Positions 29,820 through 39,823 of a DNA stretch of 64,000 bases are shown here, one piece after another. The position numbers were made by a program, and so were the translations under genes. Every line of letters begins with the position of its first letter. Position 1 is the first letter of the stretch. The notes under the pieces are model-generated. The model ran no database searches. It was not told the origin of the DNA and saw only the letters and a list, made by a program, of their open reading frames with translations. The stretch is from a virus (taxonomy: Duplodnaviria > Caudoviricetes), in the IMG/VR virus record IMGVR_UViG_3300045284_000214, positions 1,062-65,061 of that record; one strand, given 5' to 3'.

Positions 29820-31594
29820 TCAGGTATCTCTGGGCAGCGTTCCTGCTGCTCTCGGTGACAGCGGCCTCTGCCCAATCCGGGTCAAGCGTCCGGCAGTCAG
29901 GCAACGTGACGCCACAACACGCCCCTTCGTGGACAACGAATGGCGTGATTCAGGACGGTGGTACCGCAGCCGACAGCCCCATCACCAGCTTCGGCGTTAC
30001 CAGCAACACCACGGCAGGCATCTGCGTTTCCAGTGGCAGGGCCACGGCTGCAGGCCGCCAGCAGATTTGTCTGGGAGCGCCATTAAATGGCCCCGGCATC
30101 CTTAGCGTCCAAAACTACGGCACGGCCACCCCGCAGGGCCTCAGCTTCAACATCAATGGAACGCTTGTGACTCTGCCGACCGGAGGTGGCGATTTCGTCT
30201 TCGGAATGGGTCCATACGCCGCTGGCGGGATGTCATGCTTCACCGGAACCACCGCCGTTATCCAGGATTGCGGACTGACGGCTAGCTCCGGCACGATCAC
30301 GGCAGGGACTTGGGCTGGCACAACCATAGCCCTCACCCATGGCGGTACCGGTGCCACCACCGCCTCTGCCGCGCGGACCAATCTCGGTCTCGGAACAATG
30401 GCCATCCAGAACGCTTCTGGAGTAGCCGTTACCGGCGGCAGCATCACCGGCATGCCAAATCCTACCGTTTCTACCGATGTAGCGACCAAGGCCTATGTCG
30501 ATGCCAATGCCAGCGGCTTGTTTCTATTAGCTCCAAGCACCCTGGCAACTGCTGCCGTTCTGCCCAACTCACCCACCTATGACAATGGTACGTTGGGCGT
30601 CGGCGCTACGCTGACTGCTGGCTCAAACACCACGCTAACGGTCGATGGGACGGCCGCTCCACTCAATACCGTAGTGTTGGTGAAGAATCAGGCTTCAACC
30701 TTCCAGAACGGCATCTACACGGTGACCCAAGCTGGCTCCGGCTCGGTGCCGTGGATTTTAACCCGCGCTACCTACTTCGATCAGGCTGCTGAGATGCAGG
30801 CCGGTTCCTACACTTTCGTTACCAATGGCAGCGCCAACGCCAATTCATCCTATGCCTTGCAAACCGACGTAGCTGTTGTCGGCACCGATCCCCTTGTTTG
30901 GGTTCTGTTCTCGGCGGCCAGCGGAACGGTTAACTCAGCTGCTCTGGATTCGGCCTTCGGCAATACCCAAGGTAATATTCTCTTCCGTAACGCTAGTGCA
31001 TGGACAGTGCTTGCCCCGGGAACATCCGGGCAGACGCTGACCAGCGGTGGGGCTGCTGCCAATGTTTCATGGACGACAATAACTTCCCTCAGCTCCGCTC
31101 TGATGGACTCAACCTTCGGAGCCTCTCAGGGTGGCGTTCTGGCAAGATTTTCCAGCACATGGGCCAATGCAGGCACCGGAACATCCGGTTTCATCCTTAC
31201 CTCTCAGGGGGCCACGGGGGTTGTCTGGTCAAACCCGGCCTCTCTTACAGTTTCCTCGGCACAGCTTGACGCGACCTTCGGGGCCACGGTCGGCGGGATC
31301 ATGGTCAGAAGTCCCGGCGGCTGGGTGAATATGGGTGTTGGGGTGGCTGGCCAAGTGCTGCAAAGCAATGGTGCGACAACGCCTTCGTGGGTCAATATAT
31401 CTGGTCTTGTGCCAGGAGCTGGAGCTGTTGGCTCTTGGGGTGTCAGCAATTGCAGCAGCGGAGCCTTTAATGCTGCTGGGTCTGGCATATTGCCCGGTGG
31501 ATGGACCGTTGTTTCTCAAAACACCACGACGGTACAGAGCTTCGATGGACAAGCCGTCAGTGTAGCGTTTTGCATAGTGCAGCGCACGTCCTGA
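29816..31594 (+). CDS. tail-fibre-like protein with N-terminal Sec-type signal peptide
   Basis: Starts MIRYLWAAFLLLSVTAASA|Q. Contains GGTGATTASAARTNLGLG, ATKAYVD and VLVKNQ..QNGIY fibre motifs, plus three ~50-aa C-terminal repeats. Confidence 0.65.
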   Translation: MIRYLWAAFLLLSVTAASAQSGSSVRQSGNVTPQHAPSWTTNGVIQDGGTAADSPITSFGVTSNTTAGICVSSGRATAAGRQQICLGAPLNGPGILSVQNYGTATPQGLSFNINGTLVTLPTGGGDFVFGMGPYAAGGMSCFTGTTAVIQDCGLTASSGTITAGTWAGTTIALTHGGTGATTASAARTNLGLGTMAIQNASGVAVTGGSITGMPNPTVSTDVATKAYVDANASGLFLLAPSTLATAAVLPNSPTYDNGTLGVGATLTAGSNTTLTVDGTAAPLNTVVLVKNQASTFQNGIYTVTQAGSGSVPWILTRATYFDQAAEMQAGSYTFVTNGSANANSSYALQTDVAVVGTDPLVWVLFSAASGTVNSAALDSAFGNTQGNILFRNASAWTVLAPGTSGQTLTSGGAAANVSWTTITSLSSALMDSTFGASQGGVLARFSSTWANAGTGTSGFILTSQGATGVVWSNPASLTVSSAQLDATFGATVGGIMVRSPGGWVNMGVGVAGQVLQSNGATTPSWVNISGLVPGAGAVGSWGVSNCSSGAFNAAGSGILPGGWTVVSQNTTTVQSFDGQAVSVAFCIVQRTS

Positions 31595-31597
31595 CAA

Positions 31598-32224
31598 ATG
31601 GCCTTCATAAACACCCTCTACAATCTATGGCCCAACGGCGATGAGAGAATGCCGGGGCTGCGGGATGGGATCGCAGCCTCAGCTCCGGAGGTCTTCGACC
31701 GCTTTCATATCGATACCCCTCTGCTGGTGGCCCACTACATGGCGCAGGCGAGCCACGAATGTGGAGCCGGGCATGACATCATCGAGAACCTGAACTACTC
31801 GGCCACCCGCATGACCCAGGTCTGGCCATCTCGATTCCCTACAATAGCCAGTGCCAGACCCTACGAGCACAACCCGCAGGCCTTGGCTAACAAAGTATAT
31901 AACGGTCGAATGCAGAACAGGATGGGGACCGACGACGGCTGGAATTATCGGGGTCGCGGTGCTTCCCAGACCACCGGTAGAGAAGGCTATCAGCGCGTGC
32001 AGGACGCCACCAAAATTCCAGTTTTGTCAAATCCAGATTTACTTATCGATCCCAAATACTTCCTGCTGTGCGGGGTTTCGGACTTCATCAACTGCGGCTG
32101 CCTGCCATTCGCCCAGCAAGACAACATCACCATGGTCACAAAGCGGCTGAATGGTGGCCTGATCGGGCTTCCGGAGCGCAAGGTATGGTTGTCAAAGTGG
32201 AAGAAGGCCCTTAATGTGGTTTAA
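31598..32224 (+). CDS. endolysin, glycoside hydrolase family 19
   Basis: AQASHEC, ENLNYS, ANKVY, DGWNYRGRG..QTTGR..Y, TKRLNGG..GL.ER. Confidence 0.92.
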   Translation: MAFINTLYNLWPNGDERMPGLRDGIAASAPEVFDRFHIDTPLLVAHYMAQASHECGAGHDIIENLNYSATRMTQVWPSRFPTIASARPYEHNPQALANKVYNGRMQNRMGTDDGWNYRGRGASQTTGREGYQRVQDATKIPVLSNPDLLIDPKYFLLCGVSDFINCGCLPFAQQDNITMVTKRLNGGLIGLPERKVWLSKWKKALNVV

Positions 32225-32239
32225 ACGCAGGAGGGTCTC

Positions 32240-32590
32240 TTGAGCAGCATCACCAGAACCCAGTGGTTTGCCATCGGTATTCTGTTCTGCACGGTCATTA
32301 CCGGCGGCACAGCCCAGCTTGTCGATCTCGTCGGCCCCTCCACTACCAAGATCATGGTTTCCCTCTGCACGCTCACCACCGGTTTTTTGGCTGGTATCCA
32401 GATCATTCTCGGCGGTCAGGCCCAGCAGATCAAGGACGTGGCTGCGATGCCCGGGGTTGACAGGATCGCCCTGAATGCCAACGCCTCCCTCGCCGCAGCT
32501 CAGGTCGCTACCGATCCAGCCCAACAGAAGGTAGGAGCTACTGACCCCGGAACCCGACAGGCGCTTCAAGCCACTGTCGCGAAAGGATAA
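32240..32590 (+). CDS. putative holin
   Basis: TTG start after AGGAGG; two TM segments; directly follows the endolysin. Confidence 0.55.
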   Translation: MSSITRTQWFAIGILFCTVITGGTAQLVDLVGPSTTKIMVSLCTLTTGFLAGIQIILGGQAQQIKDVAAMPGVDRIALNANASLAAAQVATDPAQQKVGATDPGTRQALQATVAKG

Positions 32591-32594
32591 TGAG

Positions 32595-32987
32595 ATGAAG
32601 AAGCTATTAGCTATTGCGCTATTGACCTTGACGCTTGGGGGCTGTGCTACCCAGTTTGGCACCCGGGTTGAGACAGCGTGGCAGGTAATCACCCAGACCT
32701 CGGTCAGCCCCACCCAGATCGTGATTGCTGGCAACGCCTTCGATGCCGTCGAGGTCACCGCCACCAACTATCTGGTCTACTGCAAGCAGAACGTAAACCC
32801 CCAGCCCCAGTGCGCTCTGGTAACCCGCCAACGGGTGATCTCATCGGTGCGGGCGGGGCGCGTAGCCCGCGATGCGCTGGAGCCCTACGTGGTCTCCGGC
32901 AAGGCTGGTCCCATCGTGATCTATAATTCCCTGATCGAGGCCATCAAGGCCGTCAAGGGCAACACCCCACTCGTAGGAGCTTCGTGA
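32595..32987 (+). CDS. lipoprotein (spanin-like candidate)
   Basis: MKK-hydrophobic-LGGC lipobox within the lysis cassette. Confidence 0.65.
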   Translation: MKKLLAIALLTLTLGGCATQFGTRVETAWQVITQTSVSPTQIVIAGNAFDAVEVTATNYLVYCKQNVNPQPQCALVTRQRVISSVRAGRVARDALEPYVVSGKAGPIVIYNSLIEAIKAVKGNTPLVGAS

Positions 32988-33283
32988 TGATCGGTATAGC
33001 CGTACAGGTTCTCAGCCTGATCGAAACCTATCTGCTGCCGCTGGTGCTGTCCGGAGGCAATGCCGCATTGGTTACCTCGATCATCCAGACGCTGACCAAG
33101 ATGTTGCCATTGATAGTAACGGAAATAGCCGACCTCAAGGACCCCGTGAAGAACATCATCTCTGTCCTGAGCGATGCTCCCGGCACCACTGACGAACAGC
33201 TTGCCAGCCTGAAGACGCTGGATGCCAAGGCTGACGCAGCGTTCGAGGCCATAGCGGCTGAGACCGATGCCGAAGCTGGCTGA
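32984..33283 (+). CDS. hypothetical amphipathic lysis-cassette protein
   Basis: Coupled to the lipoprotein gene; hydrophobic N-terminus, acidic tail. Confidence 0.55.
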   Translation: MMIGIAVQVLSLIETYLLPLVLSGGNAALVTSIIQTLTKMLPLIVTEIADLKDPVKNIISVLSDAPGTTDEQLASLKTLDAKADAAFEAIAAETDAEAG

Positions 33284-33299
33284 GAGGTAGTGCAAGGGA

Positions 33300-33593
33300 A
33301 TGCCATTCGATTCCACTGTGAGGCTGGGAGACATTATCACCCTGCTGGCCTTTCTGGTGGGTGGGTTTGGTTTTGTCTGGACCATGCGAGGTGAAATACG
33401 CATGCTCGCCAAAGACGTGCAAAGGCAGGGGGACAAGATCGAAAAGCTAGAGGCAGTCATTACGCATCAGGCCGTTCAGGACCAAAGACTGATCGACTTG
33501 GAACGGCGCATAGAGGATTTGCGCCATGGCCGGGGCTTTGTGCAGCGCGACATAGACGGTCTGTGGGGCGTTGCTGGGAAGGTTAAGGATTAG
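33300..33593 (+). CDS. single-TM coiled-coil protein
   Basis: N-terminal TM followed by a heptad region. Confidence 0.6.
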   Translation: MPFDSTVRLGDIITLLAFLVGGFGFVWTMRGEIRMLAKDVQRQGDKIEKLEAVITHQAVQDQRLIDLERRIEDLRHGRGFVQRDIDGLWGVAGKVKD

Positions 33594-33595
33594 CC

Positions 33596-33982
33596 ATGAC
33601 AATGCAATATTCCACCACCATGCGGAACAACAAGCTCGATCAGGTCGAGAGCACGGTCGGCGTATCGGCGGTGCTGAAGATATTCTCCGGAGCCCAGCCA
33701 GCCAACTGTGCGGCATCCGACCCCTCTGGCCTTCTGGTCACGATGACACTGCCAAGTGACTGGATGAACGCGGCATCAGGCGGCACCAAGACCAAGCTCG
33801 GCACATGGTCAGCCACGGCATCTGGCAGCGGTACGGCGGCGTGCTGGCGCATCTATGACAGTACGGCAACTACCTGCGGCGTCCAGGGCAATACGACCGA
33901 CATGGTCTTCGATAATACCTCGATAGCCAGCGGACAGACGGTCACAGTCACGACCTTCACTCTGACGGCGGGGAATCCGTAA
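33596..33982 (+). CDS. small beta-rich virion/tail-associated protein
   Basis: 'LKIFSGAQPA...L', 'GTA..WRI.D', 'NTSIASGQTVTVTTFTLT'. Confidence 0.65.
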   Translation: MTMQYSTTMRNNKLDQVESTVGVSAVLKIFSGAQPANCAASDPSGLLVTMTLPSDWMNAASGGTKTKLGTWSATASGSGTAACWRIYDSTATTCGVQGNTTDMVFDNTSIASGQTVTVTTFTLTAGNP

Positions 33983-33986
33983 GTGA

Positions 33987-35729
33987 ATGGCCTTTCCCGG
34001 CAACCAATGGTATGTTAACTCAGTTGGCTATGCTGCGATTACGGCGTGGGCAGCACTTACCGCACAAGCCGCCGGGGTACTACGTCGCCAGTTAGCCGCA
34101 CCAGCGGTAGGTAGCGAGCGTATATTTGTTTGCATTATTGCCGGTACTACATTGGCTTCTGAGCCAACATGGGTCATTACCAGAGGGGGTAAGACCGCAG
34201 AAGCGGCAGGTCCTACGTGGCAGGAATGTACCGGTCAAGCTGGCGTCAATGGAGACCTAACTAACTGTCCCAACTGGACAGCGGCCAAAGTCGTCAACGC
34301 GGTGACGCTTGGCACCATCATCAAGAACAACGCCGCAACACACCTGTTCATCCTGTCCACTTCAAGCGGCAACCTTTCTGCGTCTCAACCATCATTCAAT
34401 ACGACAACCGGCGCTACTACGGCGGATGCCTCCAATGTGTGGACTTGCATCGGAGCAGTCGGCAGTTTCACTGGCGGATTGGCTCCGCACGCCCGCATTC
34501 TGAATGCCATGACATCCACATGGCAGGCCGCTGGTGATAAAATCTGCGTGGGAGACAATCACGCCGAGAGTCAATCCACTGCGCAGACGATTACGGGTCT
34601 AGGGACATCCTCGAACCCAAACATCATCCTCTGCCATAATCATTCTGGAAATTACCCGCCGACAAGCTCTGATCTCACGACAGGGGCAACAGTGACGGGA
34701 AGTGGCAACAATTCGCTCATTCCTGCAGGCTTCTCGGAGTGGAACGGAATAACCTTTATCAACTCCGCTGCGACTGGGACAATAGGTCTCGGCAATAATG
34801 GCGTACTCTCTAAATTCAAGAACTGCTCTTTCCAGCTCTCGAATAATAGCGCCACTGCTCGGTTTGTGCTCGCATCGCAATCGAATAGTGGGGCTGTCAT
34901 AACCGACAACTGCACATTCTCTTTCGCCAACGCGAGTCAGGTAATCCAGCACGGCCTGACCGTCTGGCGCTGGTATAATACAGCCAGCGCTATTCTCGGC
35001 ACCGTCCCTACCGTGTTGTTCTCGACCACCACTGGAGAGATCAGCGATGTTCAGATTAGTGGTGTCGATCTCAGCGCCCTAGGTAGCGGGAAGACAATAT
35101 TCGGGAATGTTGCGACTTTAGCTGGCACTTTTTCTCTTATAGGTTGTAAGCTTGGCGCTTCCGTGGCGGTATCGGCAACTATAACCAGCCCTAATTACCG
35201 GATTTTTCTGGTCGATTGTGACAGCGGCAATACCAACTACCGCAATGAGATTTACGACTTCCGAGGTGCGCTGACGACCGAGACCACCATCGTGAGAACC
35301 GGCGGTGAGAATGACGGCACCACTGCGCTGTCAAGAAAGATGGTCTCCACTGCCAATACGAACTGGTCATTTCCATTCGATGGCTTTGTCATTGAGCAGT
35401 GGGTCAACGGAGGCTCCCAGGTTACCTTGACACTGTTTGGCATCTGGGGTGGCGGGGCCGTCCCCAACAACGATGACTTCTGGATCGATGTGGATTACCA
35501 AAGCTCTGGCTCCACGCCTCTCTACTCTCGCGTGACCAGCACCAAGGCCAATATTCTGGCGTCCAACTCGCCGCTATCCACCGACACTTCGGTCTGGGGC
35601 GGATCAACCACGCCGTTCAAGACCTCCGTGGTGTTTACGCCGCTGCAGAACGGGTATGTCTATATCTACCCACGGCTGGGTGATGCAACAACCACGCTAT
35701 ATTACGATACGAAAGTTACGGTGGTGTGA
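33987..35729 (+). CDS. beta-helix tail spike-like protein
   Basis: Two 'C..AGT....P.W/F..T' CBM-like repeats, then 'FKNCSF/TDNCTF' beta-helix rungs. Confidence 0.6.
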   Translation: MAFPGNQWYVNSVGYAAITAWAALTAQAAGVLRRQLAAPAVGSERIFVCIIAGTTLASEPTWVITRGGKTAEAAGPTWQECTGQAGVNGDLTNCPNWTAAKVVNAVTLGTIIKNNAATHLFILSTSSGNLSASQPSFNTTTGATTADASNVWTCIGAVGSFTGGLAPHARILNAMTSTWQAAGDKICVGDNHAESQSTAQTITGLGTSSNPNIILCHNHSGNYPPTSSDLTTGATVTGSGNNSLIPAGFSEWNGITFINSAATGTIGLGNNGVLSKFKNCSFQLSNNSATARFVLASQSNSGAVITDNCTFSFANASQVIQHGLTVWRWYNTASAILGTVPTVLFSTTTGEISDVQISGVDLSALGSGKTIFGNVATLAGTFSLIGCKLGASVAVSATITSPNYRIFLVDCDSGNTNYRNEIYDFRGALTTETTIVRTGGENDGTTALSRKMVSTANTNWSFPFDGFVIEQWVNGGSQVTLTLFGIWGGGAVPNNDDFWIDVDYQSSGSTPLYSRVTSTKANILASNSPLSTDTSVWGGSTTPFKTSVVFTPLQNGYVYIYPRLGDATTTLYYDTKVTVV

Positions 35730-36676
35730 TGGCGTCGTTCCAGCGAACGCGCTTCACCATATTCGGCACCACGGATATCAGCGAAACCGGAGGGCGGCAG
35801 GCCTCATCCGGTGCTACCGACATCAATGAAACAATATCCATCTCTGCTTCCGCTACCATTACCGAGGCGGATGATACTGTTGCCGGTGCCGCCACCGTAT
35901 TGGTCTCTCTCACAGCCTCAATCACCGAGGGTGCCGATACAGTCTCTGGTGCTTCGACTGTTCTTGTCTCGCTCACAGCCACCATAACCGAGGCAGATGA
36001 TACTCTAGCCGGAGCAGCAACCGGCACCACTTTTGCTTCGGCAAACATCACGGAAGCTGATGATGCCGTTGCTGGTGCAGTTAGCGGAGCAATCACTGCA
36101 AGTGCCAATATCACCGAGGCCAATGATACCGTCAGTAGTGCCTCAACCGTCCAGATTACGGTCACACTCAATGTCACGGAGGAAGACGATACCCTCAGCG
36201 CCACTGCGACTGCGGCATTCGGGACCATCACAGCTAATGCCGATATCCGCGAAGAGGACGACACGCTTGAGGCCTCCACAAGGACGTTCTACTTCATTAC
36301 CCGTGGCGAGATCGTCTATGTGGACCTTGTTACCTCGACCACCACGGGTTCTGTCCCCAGCGCCTCATCCGGCTACGGCTTTTCCCTTCTCTTCAACATC
36401 GGGACAGCGTATCCTGCAGGCACTCCATTTAGCGCATCCCTGATCTCCCCAAGCGGAGAGGAAACGATTATAACCGCCAACAGCAGGCAGTTGAAGCTGG
36501 GTAGGGTTGCGGTCAAGACCGGTGGGTATCTGCCTGCGGGCAATATCATGCTACCCAACGAGTACGTCCTCTACCAGACAGCACCTGATGACTTCGACGC
36601 GCAGGGTATCTGGCAGATCGCCATGACCAGCGGGAACTACTTCTCCCGATACGGAGATGTCAGGATCGCAGCTTAG
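35726..36676 (+). CDS. TE-x-x-D repeat stalk protein with conserved C-terminal domain
   Basis: About seven '(A/S)xITEAxDTVx' repeats of ~20-22 aa; C-terminal domain shared with 36686-39340. Confidence 0.65.
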   Translation: MMASFQRTRFTIFGTTDISETGGRQASSGATDINETISISASATITEADDTVAGAATVLVSLTASITEGADTVSGASTVLVSLTATITEADDTLAGAATGTTFASANITEADDAVAGAVSGAITASANITEANDTVSSASTVQITVTLNVTEEDDTLSATATAAFGTITANADIREEDDTLEASTRTFYFITRGEIVYVDLVTSTTTGSVPSASSGYGFSLLFNIGTAYPAGTPFSASLISPSGEETIITANSRQLKLGRVAVKTGGYLPAGNIMLPNEYVLYQTAPDDFDAQGIWQIAMTSGNYFSRYGDVRIAA

Positions 36677-36685
36677 GAGCAACCA

Positions 36686-39340
36686 ATGCCAACGGTAGAC
36701 ATCGTAAGCCCCGGCGGAGCATTCAGCCCAGCCGCTGTTGGCGACGGCGTAACAGACGACGCTCCCGCTTTTCAGGCGTTCAATACCTGGGCGCAGGCCC
36801 AGGTAAGTCCGGTCACGCTTACTCTGGGAAGTGGTGCCAAGACCTTCCTGTTCGCCAGCCTAGACAGCAATGGTGAGCGCGCCAATTCCCCCGCATGGAA
36901 AGTGACGCAGCCGCTGACTGTTGTCGGCAATGGGCCGGCCACGTCGATTTTAAAAGGCGGGGTTGGTGCCGGGTTTGCGTTGGGTGCGATTGCCTCTATC
37001 AAATCCGGCAATGGACACTATGGATCGTCATCCATATTCACTGCGCGGCTTGATTCTGTAGCGGCTGGCAGCACCCATATTACCTGCAAGACTATAGCCG
37101 ACGCGGCGCTGTTTACGGTCAATACATGGGCCCTTCTCACCGGCATTGATATGCAGGCTGGCGGCTTTCCCCCAAACGCCTACTTCTATGAGTATGTGTT
37201 TATAACCGGCGTAAACACAGGCACTGGCGTGATCACATTTTCCGCCGGAGTAACCAACGAATATCTGGACTCGTGGCCTAATTTTGATCCCGGCACTCCT
37301 GGCTCCGGCGCAGATGAGGGCGGTCCTGCTACACTTTATGTGCTGGACTCGGCTTGGAATGTTGACGTTACCTATCAGTCGCTGGGCATAGACCAAAGCC
37401 TTAACACCGCTCAGACCTACGCCCCGGGCCGTAGCGTTCAGTATGTCGATGTCCAATGCTTTGACGCTTACGGCATGATCCCGACCAACAACGGGCTGAT
37501 GTCGTTCACCGACTGCGATCTTACATCCTACCAGATGGAGGTCGATAAACTAAATGACACTATAATTTTTGACAATTCCGTAACCGGACAATTGCTATTC
37601 CAGAGCACAAACAACAACCTTGTAATCAGGAATGGATCAACCGTCTCTCTCAACGGCTTGGCACGGTTCACAGAGATTACCGATTCAACTGTTACCGACA
37701 CTGAATTTGGGGCGTTGTTCTTTGGAAGAGCGGATTCATTCACTACCACCAACAGCACCTTTACAGGCAGCTTTGTTTTTGCATTTAATATCGACAGCGG
37801 CGGCATTACCGGTACCGGCATTCAAGTTGACTACACCATGTCGGCAGGCGTTATCCGCATCCCCAGAGCTGGTCTGCAATACGGCTGTCACTGGGAAATA
37901 CCGGGGACGCGCTGTTTTTTCCGAGGCCAAAATGGTGGTGGAATTAACATAGACGTTGGCCCAAGCTTTACTGTTACCTCGGTAACAAGTGACGCGACAT
38001 ATATCTATGTAACCACGGATTGGGCATATGGAGGTTTCCCGTCTTGGGCCAAGTCCATCATAGTACATCCGTGCCCAAGTGCCAGCTTTGCCTCCAACAC
38101 AACCAGCACGATCCCGGATGTTGTTAACCTTAAAGCGGCAACCGCTGCTGGTTATCCAGCGGTTGGGACCTATACAACATACACAGTCAACGGGAGTGAC
38201 TTAGGTTCTGATCCGGGTGGGCTGCCGGTGTTTCCTCCTGCGGTTTATGGGGAGCTGGTATCCTTCGTTGTCAACGTCTCGACGGCTTATACGGGCGTAC
38301 ATAATCCGCTGTTCTGGCATGCTGCTGCGGAGTTTGACAATCAACCCACGCTAGATTCCAGTCTGGTCGTTCAATCCTATGGCCCACACATCGATCTTAG
38401 AACGTCTGGCACCCGAACCATTACTCTGACGACGGCCAATCCACTAGGTTCCGACGCCAATCTTGTGCCCGGTGCGGGTACTCTTTGGTTCCCGCCATTT
38501 CAAAGCGGCGTCTGCGCCAACCAGAACATCACAGCGGAATATGCCGGTAACCCAGCCGTAGGTCCCGTTGTAAACGTGACCATCATTACAGATCAGGGGT
38601 TTTCAGATATTACAGCATCGGCCTCGATCACCGAGGCTAATGACACGGTTTCCGGTTTAGCTACAGTGGCAGTCCATGCCACGGTCTCAAAAACTGAAGC
38701 CAACGACACGGTTTCAGCAACGGTGGGCGATGTCATCAGGCTCTCAGCCAGCATCACTGAAGCTAACGACGCGGTCTCTTCTACGGTCACCCTAGCCATC
38801 CACCTTACGGCCTCGATAATCGAGGGCCGCGATACCGTAAGCTCCACCGCCATTGTGGGATCGTCAGCTGTCATCACGGCCACGGTCAATATTACCGAAG
38901 CCAGCGACAGGGTATCGGCTACCGCGCATGTGCCGGTTACTCCCGTGACCTTCCACTTCGTCACCCGGGGAGAAGTTGTCTACGTCGATGCGGTTACCCA
39001 AATCACCACCGGATCGATTCCATCGGCCTCTTCAGGCTACGGATTCTCTCTGCTTTTCAATCTGGGAATGGTGTTTCCTCCCCAGACGGAGTTCAAGGCC
39101 TCGCTGATCTCCCCCGGCGGGCTACAGAAAATCATTCTGGCCAGCAACGGACAGATCAAGCTGGGGAAGACCAGGGTCAAAACCGGTGGCTACAGACCAG
39201 TCAGTGGTGTCTGGGCCCCCTACGAATATGTCATTTACCAGACAGCCCCCGGCGACTTTAACACTCCCGGGGTGTGGAAGGTGGCCATGTCCAGCGGGGC
39301 TCCATTCTCGGGATATCAGGACGTTCGGATCGCTGCCTGA
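36686..39340 (+). CDS. tail spike / depolymerase-like protein with TE-x-x-D stalk
   Basis: AVGDGVTDDAPAFQA (pectate-lyase-3-like start), beta-helix body, five ITEAxD repeats, shared C-terminal domain. Confidence 0.7.
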   Translation: MPTVDIVSPGGAFSPAAVGDGVTDDAPAFQAFNTWAQAQVSPVTLTLGSGAKTFLFASLDSNGERANSPAWKVTQPLTVVGNGPATSILKGGVGAGFALGAIASIKSGNGHYGSSSIFTARLDSVAAGSTHITCKTIADAALFTVNTWALLTGIDMQAGGFPPNAYFYEYVFITGVNTGTGVITFSAGVTNEYLDSWPNFDPGTPGSGADEGGPATLYVLDSAWNVDVTYQSLGIDQSLNTAQTYAPGRSVQYVDVQCFDAYGMIPTNNGLMSFTDCDLTSYQMEVDKLNDTIIFDNSVTGQLLFQSTNNNLVIRNGSTVSLNGLARFTEITDSTVTDTEFGALFFGRADSFTTTNSTFTGSFVFAFNIDSGGITGTGIQVDYTMSAGVIRIPRAGLQYGCHWEIPGTRCFFRGQNGGGINIDVGPSFTVTSVTSDATYIYVTTDWAYGGFPSWAKSIIVHPCPSASFASNTTSTIPDVVNLKAATAAGYPAVGTYTTYTVNGSDLGSDPGGLPVFPPAVYGELVSFVVNVSTAYTGVHNPLFWHAAAEFDNQPTLDSSLVVQSYGPHIDLRTSGTRTITLTTANPLGSDANLVPGAGTLWFPPFQSGVCANQNITAEYAGNPAVGPVVNVTIITDQGFSDITASASITEANDTVSGLATVAVHATVSKTEANDTVSATVGDVIRLSASITEANDAVSSTVTLAIHLTASIIEGRDTVSSTAIVGSSAVITATVNITEASDRVSATAHVPVTPVTFHFVTRGEVVYVDAVTQITTGSIPSASSGYGFSLLFNLGMVFPPQTEFKASLISPGGLQKIILASNGQIKLGKTRVKTGGYRPVSGVWAPYEYVIYQTAPGDFNTPGVWKVAMSSGAPFSGYQDVRIAA

Positions 39341-39415
39341 TCCGTGAAAGTCAAGCCCTTTTCTACCCTCGATTGATCGGATAGCCTCCCTGACCTTTAG
39401 ACAGGGGGACTGACC

Positions 39416-39823
39416 ATGTTGCGCATCACCGCAGCCATCGCTCTACTTGTGTGCCTGATCTCGACCGACGCTGAGGCCCGCCGCTATAGACACCACCACC
39501 ATCGCCATTACGTGGCCGCTGGCGGGACTTTCCTGAGCCACCCTTCTGGATGCCCTGCCCGTGCATTCTGCGGCTGTGGAGCCGCCGTAGAGGTTTTTGG
39601 CAGGCCTGTACGTGACCTCTGGTTGGCCGCCAACTGGCTTCGATTCCCAAGGGCCAACCCAGCCCCTGGTATGGTGGCTGCCCGGAGAGGCCATGTCTTC
39701 GTCCTGAAGCATGAGATATCCCCCGGCATCTGGATGGTGGCTGATTACAACAGCGGAGGCCACCGGTCGCGTTTGCATGCACGTCCCCTCCGAGGTTATG
39801 CCGTGGTCAATCCTCGTGCGTAG
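39416..39823 (+). CDS. secreted CHAP/NlpC-like Cys-His protein
   Basis: Signal peptide (..AEA|R), FCGC....A.NW....P.PG.V.....HV....D.NSG. Confidence 0.6.
   Translation: MLRITAAIALLVCLISTDAEARRYRHHHHRHYVAAGGTFLSHPSGCPARAFCGCGAAVEVFGRPVRDLWLAANWLRFPRANPAPGMVAARRGHVFVLKHEISPGIWMVADYNSGGHRSRLHARPLRGYAVVNPRA

Noticed and set aside
35726-39340. Diversity-generating retroelement TR/VR pair in the duplicated C-termini
   Set aside because: No reverse transcriptase is present, both copies are coding, and the differences are not adenine-specific.
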